Below are positions 49,501-61,865 of a DNA stretch of 64,000 nt, piece after piece. The stretch's first letter is position 1. Each line of letters starts with the position of its first letter. Made by a program: the position numbers and the translations under genes. A model generated the notes under the pieces. The model did not search any database and was not told the origin of the DNA. It was given only the letters and a program-made list of their open reading frames with translations. The DNA comes from Blepharisma stoltei ATCC 30299 (Eukaryota; Protista; Ciliophora), in assembly GCA_965603825.1 (NCBI GenBank), contig CBFDEM010000056.1:1-64000 (forward strand). Reading direction: 5' to 3'.

Positions 49501-49818
49501 TTAACCACCAAAGCCGTATAAGGTTCTTCCTTGTCTCTTAAGTGCATAAACTACATCTAATGCAGTAACAGTCTTTCTTCTTGCGTGTTCTGTGTAAGTT
49601 ACGGCGTCTCTTACAACATTTTCCAAAAATACTTTAAGTACATTTCTTGTTTCGTCATAAACCAACCCAGAGAGTCTTTTAACACCTCCTCTTCTTGCCA
49701 ATCTTCTGATGGCAGGTTTGGTAATCCCTTGGATGTTCTCTCTTATAACTCTTCTGTGTCTTTTCTTTGCTCCGACTTTTCCTAAGCCTTTTCCTCCTTT
49801 TCCACCTTTTCCTCCCAT
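49501..49818 (-). CDS. H4: Histone H4, ciliate-type N-terminus
   Basis: [28 protein letters not shown]...TLYGFGG. Confidence 0.99.
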   Translation of the reverse strand: MGGKGGKGGKGLGKVGAKKRHRRVIRENIQGITKPAIRRLARRGGVKRLSGLVYDETRNVLKVFLENVVRDAVTYTEHARRKTVTALDVVYALKRQGRTLYGFGG

Positions 49819-50012
49819 ATTATAATCAAAGTCATTGTTAAAAGCGCTTAAATAGTGATAAATCTATCCTCTGTTTTCCTAATCTTATTTTCTATTGGCT
49901 AATTTCGATAATCCAGAATTACTCAAATCAGCCAATCATTTTCAAGATTCAATATAAATGGGATTTTTCTTTAGTATATAAATGCGAGAGCAAGGTCTAA
50001 CTATAATATTTA
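49819..50012. promoter_or_regulatory. Bidirectional H4/H3 promoter
   Basis: 194-bp divergent spacer with outward-facing CCAAT boxes (ATTGG 49894-49898, CCAAT 49932-49936) and TATATAAA near 49975. Confidence 0.65.
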
Positions 50013-50429
50013 ATGGCAAGAACCAAGCAAACCGCAAGAAAAACTACATCAGCTGGAAAAACCCCAAAGAAACACTTGGCAACTAAAGCCGCCAAGAAAG
50101 TCTCAGCCACCACCACCTCAGGTGTCAAGAAGCCACACAGATTTAGACCAGGAACTGTGGCTCTAAGAGAAATTAGAAAATACCAAAAAAGCACTGAACT
50201 TCTCGTCAGAAAACTCCCATTCCAAAGACTTGTCAGAGAAATTGCTCAAGAATATAAGACTGACTTGAGATTCCAAAGCTCTGCAGTCCTCGCTTTACAA
50301 GAAGCCGCTGAAGCCTATTTGGTTGGACTCTTCGAAGACACTAACCTTTGCGCAATCCACGGAAAGAGAGTCACCATTATGCCAAGAGATATGCAATTAG
50401 CAAGAAGAATCAGAGGAGAAAGATCTTAA
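50013..50429 (+). CDS. H3: Histone H3 with divergent N-terminal tail, 138 aa
   Basis: [36 protein letters not shown] and an intact histone fold. Confidence 0.99.
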   Translation: MARTKQTARKTTSAGKTPKKHLATKAAKKVSATTTSGVKKPHRFRPGTVALREIRKYQKSTELLVRKLPFQRLVREIAQEYKTDLRFQSSAVLALQEAAEAYLVGLFEDTNLCAIHGKRVTIMPRDMQLARRIRGERS

Positions 50430-50759
50430 TTTTATCACTTAATTACATTTTATTTCAATTTTTGGCTTATAAGATTTCGGTTAAAATGGTTGTTGGAAGG
50501 TTATTAGGCGCCATTTTCTGAGGGAGATTTAAAAATGTAAATGATAGTTTTTATTGGTAATAAGGCAAGGGAAGATTTTGAATAAGCTTTATTTTGGTAA
50601 ATATAAAAGAAAAATTTAAAATTCCATAAAATTTAAAATTTGCTAAAAATTTTCTAATAATGATCAATACTCAAAGATTTTTATGATAAAAGCTTATGGT
50701 CTACTCATTAAAACATTCTCCAATTATTTATGTTACAAAATTAGATACCAAAAAAATAA

Positions 50760-52502
50760 ATGGATCCTGACTTACAAGATGAAAGCGAAAGGCCTCAAAA
50801 AAGAGCCTTCTTACGTGAACAAATTATCAATAAAGGATATTCCCCAGAAGAGTTCACAGACTATTGCGATATCCTAAGAGGAGCTGATATTGATCTTTGG
50901 ACTCTTGCAGAATTAAAAGAATGTGTAAGAAATTTCCAAGCAATGCAAGCCAAAAAAGCTGATGAAGAAAAAAATAATAATGAAGAACCAGAAAACAAGC
51001 ACGACAAAGAGCCAAATTTGAGCCAGCCCAGCAATCAGTCCTTAGAAGAAGAGAAATTTCCTGTTACTAAAAAACCCAATCAAAATGAGAGCATTACAAC
51101 AGAAAAACCCCAAGAAAACATTGAAGAAACCAAAGAAGTCACAGAAACTTCTAATCAAGGACAATCGGAACCGACAGAGCAAAAAAACGATCAACAGCTT
51201 GAAGTGAAACAAGAGCCTCAAAGAACTCTCAGTTCTTTTGAAGACCCAAAAACATATTTCTTAAATGCTTTAAAAACCACTGATAACCAGCTTTCTAAAG
51301 AAATTTCTCCTGACGTTCATGTAGGATGGTAATTTTTATATAGTCCAGAATATTCTACAGGTGGCATGTTTTCTACTACAAAAATAAATTTCCCAATTAC
51401 TACAAAACCTTTTAATTGGAAAGTTAAGCGTCAAGAAGACGATTTTGTTTGGCTTAAAGGAATTCTAGGCACCTGCTTCCCTACATCATATTTACCTCCA
51501 AACCCTCCTAAAAGAGTCATTGGTGCTCATGGAGAAGAAAACCAAGAAAAGCAGCAGGCTTATTTACAGCATTTTCTATCAACAATTGTCAGAAATCCTC
51601 TATTCAAAAGGTCACAATTTCTCTTAGGATTTCTCAAAGAAGACGACCCTAAAGAATTTTCCAAGCTTAAAAAACAAGCCAGCAAGGTCAAAAAGCCTCA
51701 AAATTATTCTGAATTTTTAACCCTTGACGGCTACCTTGCTTGTGACCCAAAACACGATGAAAAAGAAAATGCAAACATTGAGGATTATTTAAAAAACACC
51801 CAAATTTTGAAGAAAAAACTAAAGAGACAGACTGATTCCTTGTGTGAAGCCATAAATAATGTAGCTGCAATGATTCTTGATATAGCAAGAAGCTTTGAAG
51901 CTTTAGAAAATCTCCAAGATAAATTCCCAGGCATTCCAGGTGTTAAGCCTTTGTATAATTCGCTGAAAACTAGCTTTGCGCTCTGGTCAGATCGTGAAAA
52001 TGAATCAGCTGAAATTGTGAAAAACTATTGCAATTTTTTCTTTAAATATGAATATAATGAAGTTATACCACTAATTGAGCTTGCAAAAGATAAAGAAATT
52101 AAATGTGCTGCATATCAAAAAGCTTTACAAAAGCTAAAAAGTAGAAAAGAAAAACTGTGGCAAGTTAAGGATATCTCTAAATGGGGACTTAGCCCTGAAG
52201 CTTTAAATAACCCTCAAGCTTTATTAGAAGACAAAGAAGCAGCCTTTGCAAAAATGATGGCTAAGGAAACTAAAGAGCTCGAAAAGCTAAGGGACGATTT
52301 CGCCTTTTACAACTATCAAGTAAAATCAGAAACTGCACGAGTTTTTATTGACAACCAAGCCAAAGAAAACGCCCATTTTACAGAATTCGGAAGAGTGTTC
52401 TCAGACTATACTACTAAATTGCATGAGCTTTGGGCAGATTTGGTAGCAACGCTTACACAAGTAAGGCATGAGTGTATCCAAGCTTTTCATAACGTAAGCT
52501 AA
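50760..52502 (+). CDS. PX-domain sorting-nexin-like protein with BAR-like coiled coil, 575 aa, one intron
   Basis: WKVKRQEDDFVWLKGIL...YLPPNPPKR...YLQHFL, followed by a helical C-terminus. Intron 51329-51343. Confidence 0.85.
51329..51343 (+). other. 15-nt intron GTAATTTTTATATAG
   Basis: Removal gives VGCPEYSTGGMF; A at -6. Confidence 0.88.
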
Positions 52503-52649
52503 AAAATCTTTTATAAAAAATCTAAAAAATCATATAAATTTCCCATTATTAAGGTAGCGTTATATAAGAATTTTCTAAAAGAAACGGAAATTAATAGTAT
52601 CGTTAAAAATGAATCCATCTTTTTACACGTATAAAAATTATCTGAGTAG

Positions 52650-53706
52650 ATGAAAGATTTTGGACAAATCAATCACAAAGAAATAGTAGAGCTTGTAGTG
52701 ATAATCATTGGGATTTATATTTCCTACCTTTATTTTGGAGTCCTACAGGAAGGAATGTAAAGATAATTTAGATATACTGACCCTAAACGTGAGAAATTTA
52801 ACCAAGCAGAATTCGTGGTATTTGTCCAATGCTTGATAGGATTTATCCTGTCGTTTTCTTGTATGCTGCTATTTAGGTATGAAATTTGGCATTACTTTTG
52901 GAGAAACGCCAAACCCAAAGCCTTATATAGGTGAGAAAGTCGGGATGTGGCAGCAGTATAAATACAAAATCGTGCATGCGACTGTTTTTGCACTTTCTAT
53001 GATTTTTTCAAATATTTCAATCACCTACGTCAGCTACCCTACACAAGCCCTTGCAAAATCCTGTAAAATTCTTCCAGTGATGATGGGTGGATTTTTTGTG
53101 AGTGAAGTAAAATACGAAAAAATTCAGTACATAAGCGTATCATTTATTACCTCAGGAATTCTTATGTTTAATCTAATGAAAACCACAAGTGGGTCAGCCG
53201 ATTCTATTATCGGCCTTTTTTGCTTGTTTTTATCATTAACTTGTGATGCAATTAACGGATATTTCACAGAGCAAGTCAGACATAGAAATAAGCCTACTTC
53301 TCTAGAAATGATGAGCTACTGCAACGGCTGGGGTCTCTTAGTGACAGGACTGGTCGTTCTATTTTTTTCTAACTTAGCCTACGAAACCCCTCTCTTTACG
53401 TATTTATATCAATACCCAGGAATCCTGTGGGACATTTTCAAATTCGGGTTTATGAGTGCAATCGGCCAAATGTTTATATTTAGAGGTGTTAAAGTCTTAG
53501 GAGCTCTCACATTAAGTATAATTACGACTACTCGCAAATTTATGACGGTGATTCTTTCTATCATATATTATAACCATAGTCTAAATGGCTACCAATGGGT
53601 TTCTTTACTACTCGTTTTCAGCGGCACTGGGATGGATTTTTACCTCAGCTTGACCCGAAAAGATAAAAAAGTGAAACAAGACATAGAGCGCCCATCTAAA
53701 GACTAA
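52650..53706 (+). CDS. UAA-family transporter (SLC35B1/HUT1-like), 341 aa, two introns
   Basis: GIYISYLYFGVLQE, YVSYPTQALAKSCKILPVM, SAIGQMFIF, IITTTRKFMTV. Introns 52757-52771 and 52861-52876. Confidence 0.93.
52757..52771 (+). other. 15-nt intron GTAAAGATAATTTAG
   Basis: Removal gives LQEGIYTD; A at -6. Confidence 0.88.
52861..52876 (+). other. 16-nt intron GTATGCTGCTATTTAG
   Basis: Removal puts the upstream exon in frame with ORF 52879; A at -6. Confidence 0.85.
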
Positions 53707-53723
53707 CATAAATTCCTATTAAA

Positions 53724-54272
53724 TTAAATATCAGGCGGCCACAGCCAAGTCGTCGGAGACTTTGTGTAGTTTCCAAGGCCAGAAAGAATGGTCACCACTT
53801 TTCATTCTTCGTGTAAAATGGCTTTTTGCAGAGGGGTGAAACCATGAGGATCTCTATGATGGGGGTTTACTCCACATTTTAATAGCTCGATCACCATATG
53901 TTCTCTGCCGAGGGCTGCAGCTTTTAATAGAGGAGTCATACCATTGCGGTCACGGACATTTGGGTCTGCGCCTTGCCGAAGCAAAAAATCAAAAATTGAT
54001 CGTCTGTCGAGCACTACGGCTTCGTGGAGCATGGTTGTCATATTATTTATAGAGACTATATCATTTACCTGTCAGTTTCCATTAAAAAGATTAGCTTGGA
54101 TTTCTTCAATGTCATTATCTCTTACTGCAACAAACTTTTTGCTTTTGTTTTTGGACGAGGCTGACTGGAGGCGATACTCGTGGGCATGGTAGCCTATGTA
54201 ATAGTAAGCCATGTGGCGGTATCATGCTATTCAGTCGTTGAAATAGTCGAAAGCATGATTGAGATAGTCCAT
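53724..54272 (-). CDS. Small ankyrin-repeat protein, 182 aa
   Basis: Four TGA=Trp; TMLHEA, GADPNVRDRNGMTPLLKAA, GFTPLQKA; ends in TAA at 53724. Confidence 0.85.
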
Positions 54273-55022
54273 TTTATGTTTATAGATTATTGGGGAAATT
54301 GGTTATTCGTTTGGGAAAACTAGGTAATATGAATATTTACTAAATAATTTGATTTGTAATATATCAATTTCTAATGCTCTAAATCTATTATATATTTAAA
54401 AGAATCCTAACCTAGCAAAATTCCATTGAGACTACACATTTCAATTATCTTCCCATATAATCTATACTCTTTTATATCCTTTTTCCCAATAAATGTCTGC
54501 TTAAAGGCAAATTCCTCCTAAATCAGCCAAAAAGTATAATATTCATTAAATAATAATAACTTAGCGGTTATTGCAATTTATTGGACAAATAATTTTCCAA
54601 AAGATACTCTCTCTAACAATTCCTCTAATAAGCCTCTGATGTTCCTATTAGATACCTCAACTTGATTCTGATACATATCCAAAACTATTCCATACAAATA
54701 AGCTATTTCTATCAGATTTATATCAATTAATTCCTCCTTCATTGTTCTTTTCAAACTCTTGATTAATTCCCTTCTATTTATCTCATAAAATTTTCATACT
54801 TCAATAGCATGCCACCAATTCTCAATAAATCCCAGTTATTTTCTCGTTTTTTGCTGATATTCTCTCACTCTTATACGTTTCAAACGCTTCCACTATTTTG
54901 AGTCACTGTCCAATATTTTCGAATATCCATTAAAAATATATTAATAATTTCCCAAATAATTATCTTACAAAAAACAAGCCTTAAAAGTATTAATTAATAG
55001 CTTGTGACGAATTTTTACAAAA

Positions 55023-56654
55023 ATGGAAATATTTGACGGGTGCATTTATGTGGAAATCCCTTACGCAAAACTTACTAACCCAAATCAGGTGTTTGCAAGG
55101 GCCTATACAGTAAAAAATAGATAGGAATATGAAGTTTCTGTAGGGTTTCATACACTTAAGTATAAACTTTTTAAAAGATATAGCCAATTCCGTTTGCTTT
55201 ATAAAGAACTCAAGCACGAATTTATTTTTGCTGATTGTTATAAAAATCTGCCTGAATTTCCTAAAAAACAGATTTTCGGCAAAAAATTAAAAGCAACTAT
55301 TACGAAGCGTCGCCAAAATTTGGAAAAATGACTAAACTCAGCTCTGCAGATAACCCAATTTTTACCCCATATGCAGAATTTCTTAGAAATCCCTGAGATG
55401 TATCAGCCACTTGTGCATGATTTTACTCAAAGCCATCAGTGTAGTCTTTCTGATCTTGACTTAGCAGTTGCATCTTTTATTAAAAGGCTGTCAAAATCTG
55501 AAAAAAAGCGTGGAAAAGCGATTGAGAGATTAGAAAATGAGTTTTTTAATGCAAGGCCTGATATTTCAGAACGCACAGCATCAATTTTGTTGTCAAGGCT
55601 TATTCCACTGTGTGGGATTCCTGGAGTAGGAGCCAAAGCTTTTGATATTTTATCAAAGCTGACAAGCTGTGACATGTTTCGATACTATAGTTTAATCATA
55701 GATGTTATGATGAAAATTGATATTGATTTATTGAGAGAAATGAAACTAAATTTGCATTTAACAGGGAAATTCCTAGCTGAACAAGCTTTTCACTTGTGTA
55801 AAATAATTGAAGAACAGTTAACTTTGAAAAGCTCTAGCAATTTGCTTATATATATATTAAATAATGATAATGAAGCTTTAGAAGCTTATAGAAGCTGGAC
55901 ACGCCCATTACTTTTTATTAAAAATAGCCAAGAAAATAATCCTCAAAATACAGAAAATTGGAAAAAATTAAATACTCAGCATTATTCAGGTGGGCTAAAT
56001 ATTAAATACAGAAAAATAAGCCACCTTTTCGAGATGAGCTTAGAAATCGAAATAGAAGCTTCAATAGCGACTTTAGTAGAAATTATAACTGAGCCTGCTT
56101 TAAGGAAAAAATGAGACTCTTTACTATTAGAATACGATGTCATAGAAAATATCAGCGAAAATGAATCTCTAGTATCCATCGTATTTCTCTCTGATAAAAA
56201 CGAAAAAATGGATTTGGCCTTAAGCTGCATAATAAATATTCAAGAAAATTACGCATCAGTTGAATACGCATCAGTCGAAACCCCCAAAGTCCCAATTAAT
56301 CCGCAATTTCCCAGAGTCCATTGCAGCGGCAGCAAATATGAAATTTATGATATGAGAAATAAGCCAGAAGAAGCTCAAAGTGATGGGGCATTATCTGATA
56401 TACAAGGAGAAAGGATTTCTGGCAGCAATGAATTTCGAAGTAAAATAGTTTATAAAACAATATTGATGCCTGATATGACGAAGTTCCTATGTAGTGAATT
56501 TGTAGAAGAAACTAATTTTATTAAAAGTTCATGGAAAAATTTAAAAGAGCTCGCAGAAAGCAACGATTTTAATTCATTTCATAGAACTCCTAGAGCTAAG
56601 AAAAATACAATAATCGAAGCTTTGGAGCATAAAGTGCATTTCCACAGTTTATAA
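55023..56654 (+). CDS. PX-domain protein with C-terminal START-like domain, 538 aa, one intron
   Basis: After intron 55110-55124: KRYSQFRLLYKEL..LPEFPKK..KRRQNLEK-W(TGA)-L (PX). Later IEASIATLVEII...RKK-W(TGA)-D and SVETPKVP..P.FPRV (START-like). Confidence 0.75.
55110..55124 (+). other. 15-nt intron GTAAAAAATAGATAG
   Basis: Removal gives RAYT|EYEVSV at the PX beta strand; A at -6. Confidence 0.8.
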
Positions 56655-56667
56655 TAATAAAATAAAT

Positions 56668-57483
56668 ATGTTGATTTCTGAACAAAATTTAATTAAGGAT
56701 GATTTTTTGCAGAAAAATGATGGAAAAGTGACAGAAAGAGAATTTGAAATTAATTATATGGAAAGTGGCATGAATGTATTAACGACAATAAATTTTATTG
56801 AAGGAAATATAAAAAGAAGACAATTAAATCTTCCTTGGAAAGTAACTAGTCATTTTGGAGTATGCAAACTACCAACTAATGATATTTTATTTTGAGGTAT
56901 CACTAGGTTTATACTTAAATTTGATGGAAATATTAGCATTTTACCTGTAGAGCGAGATAACCATGGGGCCGGATTATGCTATTATAACGCATCGGTTTAT
57001 GCTTTTGGAGGATGAGATAAACACCGCATAAAAGACTCAGCTTTTAAATTTGACATAAATAAAAATAAACAAATTCCAATAGCAAGCATGCCAAAGCCAT
57101 CAAGATTTTGCTCTGCTGTCAGCTTCAAAGGAAAATTACTTATTTCTGGTAAAGATATTCCATATTTGTATTTATATGATCCTTTTATCAATTCTTATAG
57201 CAAGATTTCGCTAATTCTCCATAATTTATCTCACAAAATTCTATTTAAAGGAGCTATAAATGGCAGGGTTTATCTTAGTCAAAGCTTAGAAACCACCAGT
57301 AAGATATTTGAAAGTCTAGATTTATATCACTGAGATCTTGCATTTACTTCTCAAGTCATGCATTTATCATTGCTCTCATATGTAGCTTACAATGAAAATT
57401 TAGTCTATTTTATTGACACATTTCAACGCTTTTATTGCTTTGACTTAAAACTGAAAATTTTGAATGAAATAAGGCTTAATTAA
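56668..57483 (+). CDS. Kelch-like beta-propeller protein, 271 aa
   Basis: Same-frame ORFs joined by three TGA; CKLPTNDILF, SVYAFGG, IASMPKP, LYLYDPFINSY. Confidence 0.7.
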
Positions 57484-57514
57484 AAAATATTTTTTTATAT
57501 CTGTTTATTAAAAT

Positions 57515-58876
57515 CTAAAGAACGACATACTCCTCATCACTATCACTAGTTTTTATATCAGGAACTTCAAAATCTTCTGTACAATACTGCGGCGTAAACT
57601 CTTGCACCCCTATAAGCCCTTTTATTGCATCTCTATTCTCACTTATAATCCTCTCAAACTCTAAAAATGACTCTTTATTTCTAAAATAATACCCAAGCGA
57701 TATAGAAGACTCAGCTGAACTCATAGGGATTAATTTATAAGAAGAACAATGGTAGGTCTCAATTTTATTTAAAAGGTCTTGGTCACTTGTACAAGCTTGC
57801 TGAGCCAAATGTGGGTCTAAAAATAACAAAGAATCATTCTGATAGCCTACAATATAAAGCGCAGATTTGGGTTTTCCTCCAATTATCCCTACAGTTTGTG
57901 GGATATTTAAAAAAAATTTTAAGGTTTCATAGTATTCTTGATGGATTGAGCCCAGTCCAAGCATTAGTGGGATCATGACCAGCATTGATTTGTTCCATTC
58001 TATTGAGTTGAGTTTTTCTCTGCATTTTTCACAATAATAACCTTCAGATTTTTTGCATAAAACACAATTAGATAAAAAATCATCAATATCGACGTCGCCT
58101 GCAACGCTATAAAGCTGGTCTTTATATATGATTGTTTCCATAAAAATTTTGGATTTCAGCTTAGGAATTGGGTGCAAGGTCAAAAGTTTGTCTATTGCGT
58201 GGCACATTGTAGAAGGCGAATACCAGTCGCCTGGCTTTTTTCCTAGCTCAGTTCCTACTGCTGCAATTTGTTGTATCGAATATGGGGCATCCAATAAATT
58301 TTCTTGAATTAGCTGTAATAATTGATAACACTCATAACTTTCTGTATAAAAATGCAGCTGAAGAGTCCTCATAAGCAGCATTTGTCCAACCCTTACCGTG
58401 CACCCTCAGCCAGTATCAGAGGAATAAGCAATTATATTTTCCCCTTCAATTCTTTCTAATGGCTTATACCCATACCTATACGTCACCCATATAAGTTTCC
58501 TGAAATCCTGGGAAAATTTATATTGGACGTTTTCTGGTAATTCATCTTTTATTTGATATTTTTTTGCAAGCATAATTACAGGGGACGAGCCTATAGAAAA
58601 ATCGACCTTTTCGTACCCGAATATAGGCATGATTGGGACTTCGCTTATTTGGTACCTTACATTTGTGCTGAAATTCGAAAATCAATCAGATCTTATAGTG
58701 ATAGGGATTTCTTTTTCGGAGTCATAGAGAGAAATATCTTTGGGGTCATTTCGGAATATTTGGGAAGATAGCATTTGGAGGTCATGGGTTTTGGTTTCTT
58801 CGTAGTTGTTGTTATTTATTTCTATAATGGAATCTTCTATTGAAAGCTCAATAGTGCTCTGATTATTATCTATCAT
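57515..58876 (-). CDS. ATG4: Autophagy cysteine protease ATG4 (peptidase C54), 453 aa
   Basis: IWVTYR, SSDTG-W(TGA)-GCTVRVGQMLL, GKKPGDWYSP, GIIGGKPKSALYIVG, FLDPH. Confidence 0.95.
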
Positions 58877-59101
58877 ATTAGTTTATATTTCTAAGATTTT
58901 AATAAGCAGATTTTTAGAATGCTTATAAAATTAAATAATTTTTTATGATTTTATTATATAATTACTGAAAAATATTTGAATTTTATAAGTCTGTTTATCT
59001 TTATATATAAAATGATAAAATACTATGGAATAAATAAAGATTAAAAACTGTCTTTAATAATTTTAGAATAATAAAATAATAAATTTACAAAATTATTATG
59101 G

Positions 59102-60274
59102 CTAGTTTGCCTTGGATTTCTTTTTTTTCTTTTTCTTTTTCTTCTTTTTACTTATCACATCTTTCATCCCTGTATTTGTCAATAAATGTTCATTTCCTTT
59201 TGGAATATAAAAAGGTGTAGTATTTTGTGCAGATAAATCAAAATCATTCAAAAATAGCCCACTTTCTAAGTAATCATACTGGCAAGACACCTTTTTCGAA
59301 GCTAATTTCATTTTCGTCATCATAATTTCTTCAATTCTTTGTTTAGCCAATTCATCAAGCTTATCAGGTGTAAACAAATGCTCAGTCTTTGATCTGATAC
59401 TTGGGCTGGAATTTGCATTTTGCGTCTCAAAATTACTTGGCCTTATTCCTGGGCTGACAGAGCCACTATTCATATTCCCAATCATACGAAAATCATAGTG
59501 CTCAGCTGGTTTGGTCGATTTTGACCGAATTTCATTTTTTTCTGTATCACTTTCTGGGTCTTCATTACCAGGATTTTTGTAAAACCTGCTCTGCTTTAAA
59601 GCAAATGCTTTTTCAGTGCGGGCTTTATCAATTTCTAAATCTGCAAGCTTTGATCTTTCTACTGTAACTGGTTCAGGAATAAATTTCTGTTTTTCTCAGC
59701 CAATTAGCCTTATTGTCGGTTTTTTCTTATAAATTCATTTACTCTGCCAGTGAATTGGTTTCGGCATAACCGGAGTTTTCGCCCCAGAAACTGGAGATAA
59801 ACTGTAATCAAGCCTTGGGGTTTCAAAAGACTGATTCGTCGTGCTTCGATTATACGCAGTAAACGACGAAGTCTCAGTCGATTCTGCATCAAGCTCATTT
59901 TTACCTATTTTTTTGATTCCTGGTAGAAAATTTCTGACTTTTTTTAGATACCAATTTTTGACATCGTCTAATAATTTTAGCTGAAGTATAGGATCCCTTG
60001 TAAAAACCATTTCATTAAGCAAATTATAAAGAGAGTGATAAAGCCGCTCTTTTCAAGACGGGGAATGGTTTTTGTGCATCATTTGTTTATTGTAAGGCAA
60101 TTTTCTATCTCCATAATATCTTTGTAGTTGGGTTTTTAAAAATAAAAAATCTGTGTTTTTCTCGATGTTGGGGTGGGTCAGGGAGGTTAAGTTTAAGTTT
60201 TCTATGTCTAAAACTGTGAATTTTGGGGCCTCAAGAATTTCCTCTTTTTCTTCAACTTCTTCATTTAATTCCAT
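59102..60274 (-). CDS. Hypothetical protein with poly-Lys C-terminus, 390 aa
   Basis: Three same-frame ORFs joined by three TGA; ends in TAG. Confidence 0.75.
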
Positions 60275-60373
60275 CAGGTTAATTCAATGTTTAATTATTA
60301 TGATAAATCGTATTAAATTACAAAATCGAGGTATTTTTTGATATTTTATAATATAATTAATTAAGCATAATCC

Positions 60374-61657
60374 TTACAATTTCTTCAAAGAATTTCTTTG
60401 GGTATTTCTCATGATATGCTGGTCAATTAATTCTGCGTAATAATTAATATTATTTGCTGCTGTATTTTCAATTATCAATGGCAAATTTTTATGGCTTTTC
60501 TTTTTCCAGATTTGTTCTTCAAGTCTAGTCCTTGCTCTGTCTCGCTCTCTTAATATATGATCAGTGATCTCTAGCTTTAATTTTTCATGAAAAAGCCCAT
60601 GCTTTGAGCTTGTGTCTATGCTTCCTCTCAGTTTTTTTACCATCCCTTTAACTTCAGTTAAATTTTTGCTTGTTTCAATTAAAATCCTAGTAGAATGTTT
60701 AGCGATATTTTTTGCATACTGGATTTCATTAGGAAGCATTTTTTCGCCTGATTGGAATTTATTTTTCCAATATCCATATCTCATAAACTTATAATTTCCT
60801 TTAGGCGAAACTAATTCTTGTATTTCATCATCAATGCTTTCTACATGTGGACTTCCACTATAAGAAATTGCTCCTAAAATGTCATTTTTTTTAGTCAAGA
60901 TTTTTTGAGTAGGTTCTGGTGTTGGAGAAAGTGCTGTTTTAAAGGTAGGGGAAAGAGGAGGCTTATAGAAACTTGTATTTCTGGTATTTGCAAATCTCTG
61001 AAGAGACTTGCAAGCTGAATAGGTATATTGGTGAATTCCTAATAAAAAATGCTCGTTTGCAGCTGATTTTAAAAAATCTATTTCTAGGTGCTCAATCCTA
61101 CATGATATATTTTTTAATTTTCTGTTTAAAATATTTTTCACTGAATCTGTCACTCTACGAAGTTTTGTTGGGCATAAAAATTCTCGGTTTTTTGAGGTAA
61201 AATCTTTATTTATTTCTGTGAAATTAGTGGATAGGCTTGGCTCACTTCGGCTTATTTTTGGGACTGAAGTAGAGTTATCTGTTGCCATTGTGTAGCCTTT
61301 TTGAAAGTCTCACGTTATACGAATGTTTGGGAAAGAGGAGTGGTGCTTTATTACCTGTTGGATTACGCATTCTTCATTTAAAAATTTCGCGATTTCGTCT
61401 GTGGTTTCACATCAGTGCTTTTTTGCATCTGTTTTAACGATCGCTATCGGTAACGAATCCTTAGCTGATCATCTAGAAATTATATGCAAGATATCCTCCT
61501 TTGAAACCACTTCAAAACTCAAATGATCGTTTTCAAAGTTTCACATAAAAGTGGGCTCTTCGAATCCAAAGCCAATTATGATGGTTTCTGGTAATTTAAT
61601 CTGGATATTTTCATGAACTTCTTCTAAAAGTTTGTAAAAGTGAATATTAGCTGTCAT
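60374..61657 (-). CDS. Hypothetical protein, 427 aa
   Basis: ATG at 61657 reads through four TGA into ORF 61288; ends in TAA. Confidence 0.75.
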
Positions 61658-61865
61658 TTTAAAGTAGATATATTTTCTATGAGTTATTTAAGTATTATTA
61701 ACCGAAGCATATATAAAAAATAATTTATTTATTATGCTTATACTTCTTTAAATGCTTCTAAAATATTAATTGACTGGATATTACACAAAAAATTTAGCAT
61801 ACAATAAACTATCCAAATTTATAATATATTATGCCACTATTAGCAAGTAATATTTTAAGCTCTAT

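Noticed and set aside
3012-61657. TGA as selenocysteine or cysteine
   Set aside because: TGA aligns with TGG and conserved Trp, not with Cys positions, even in the Cys-rich protein.
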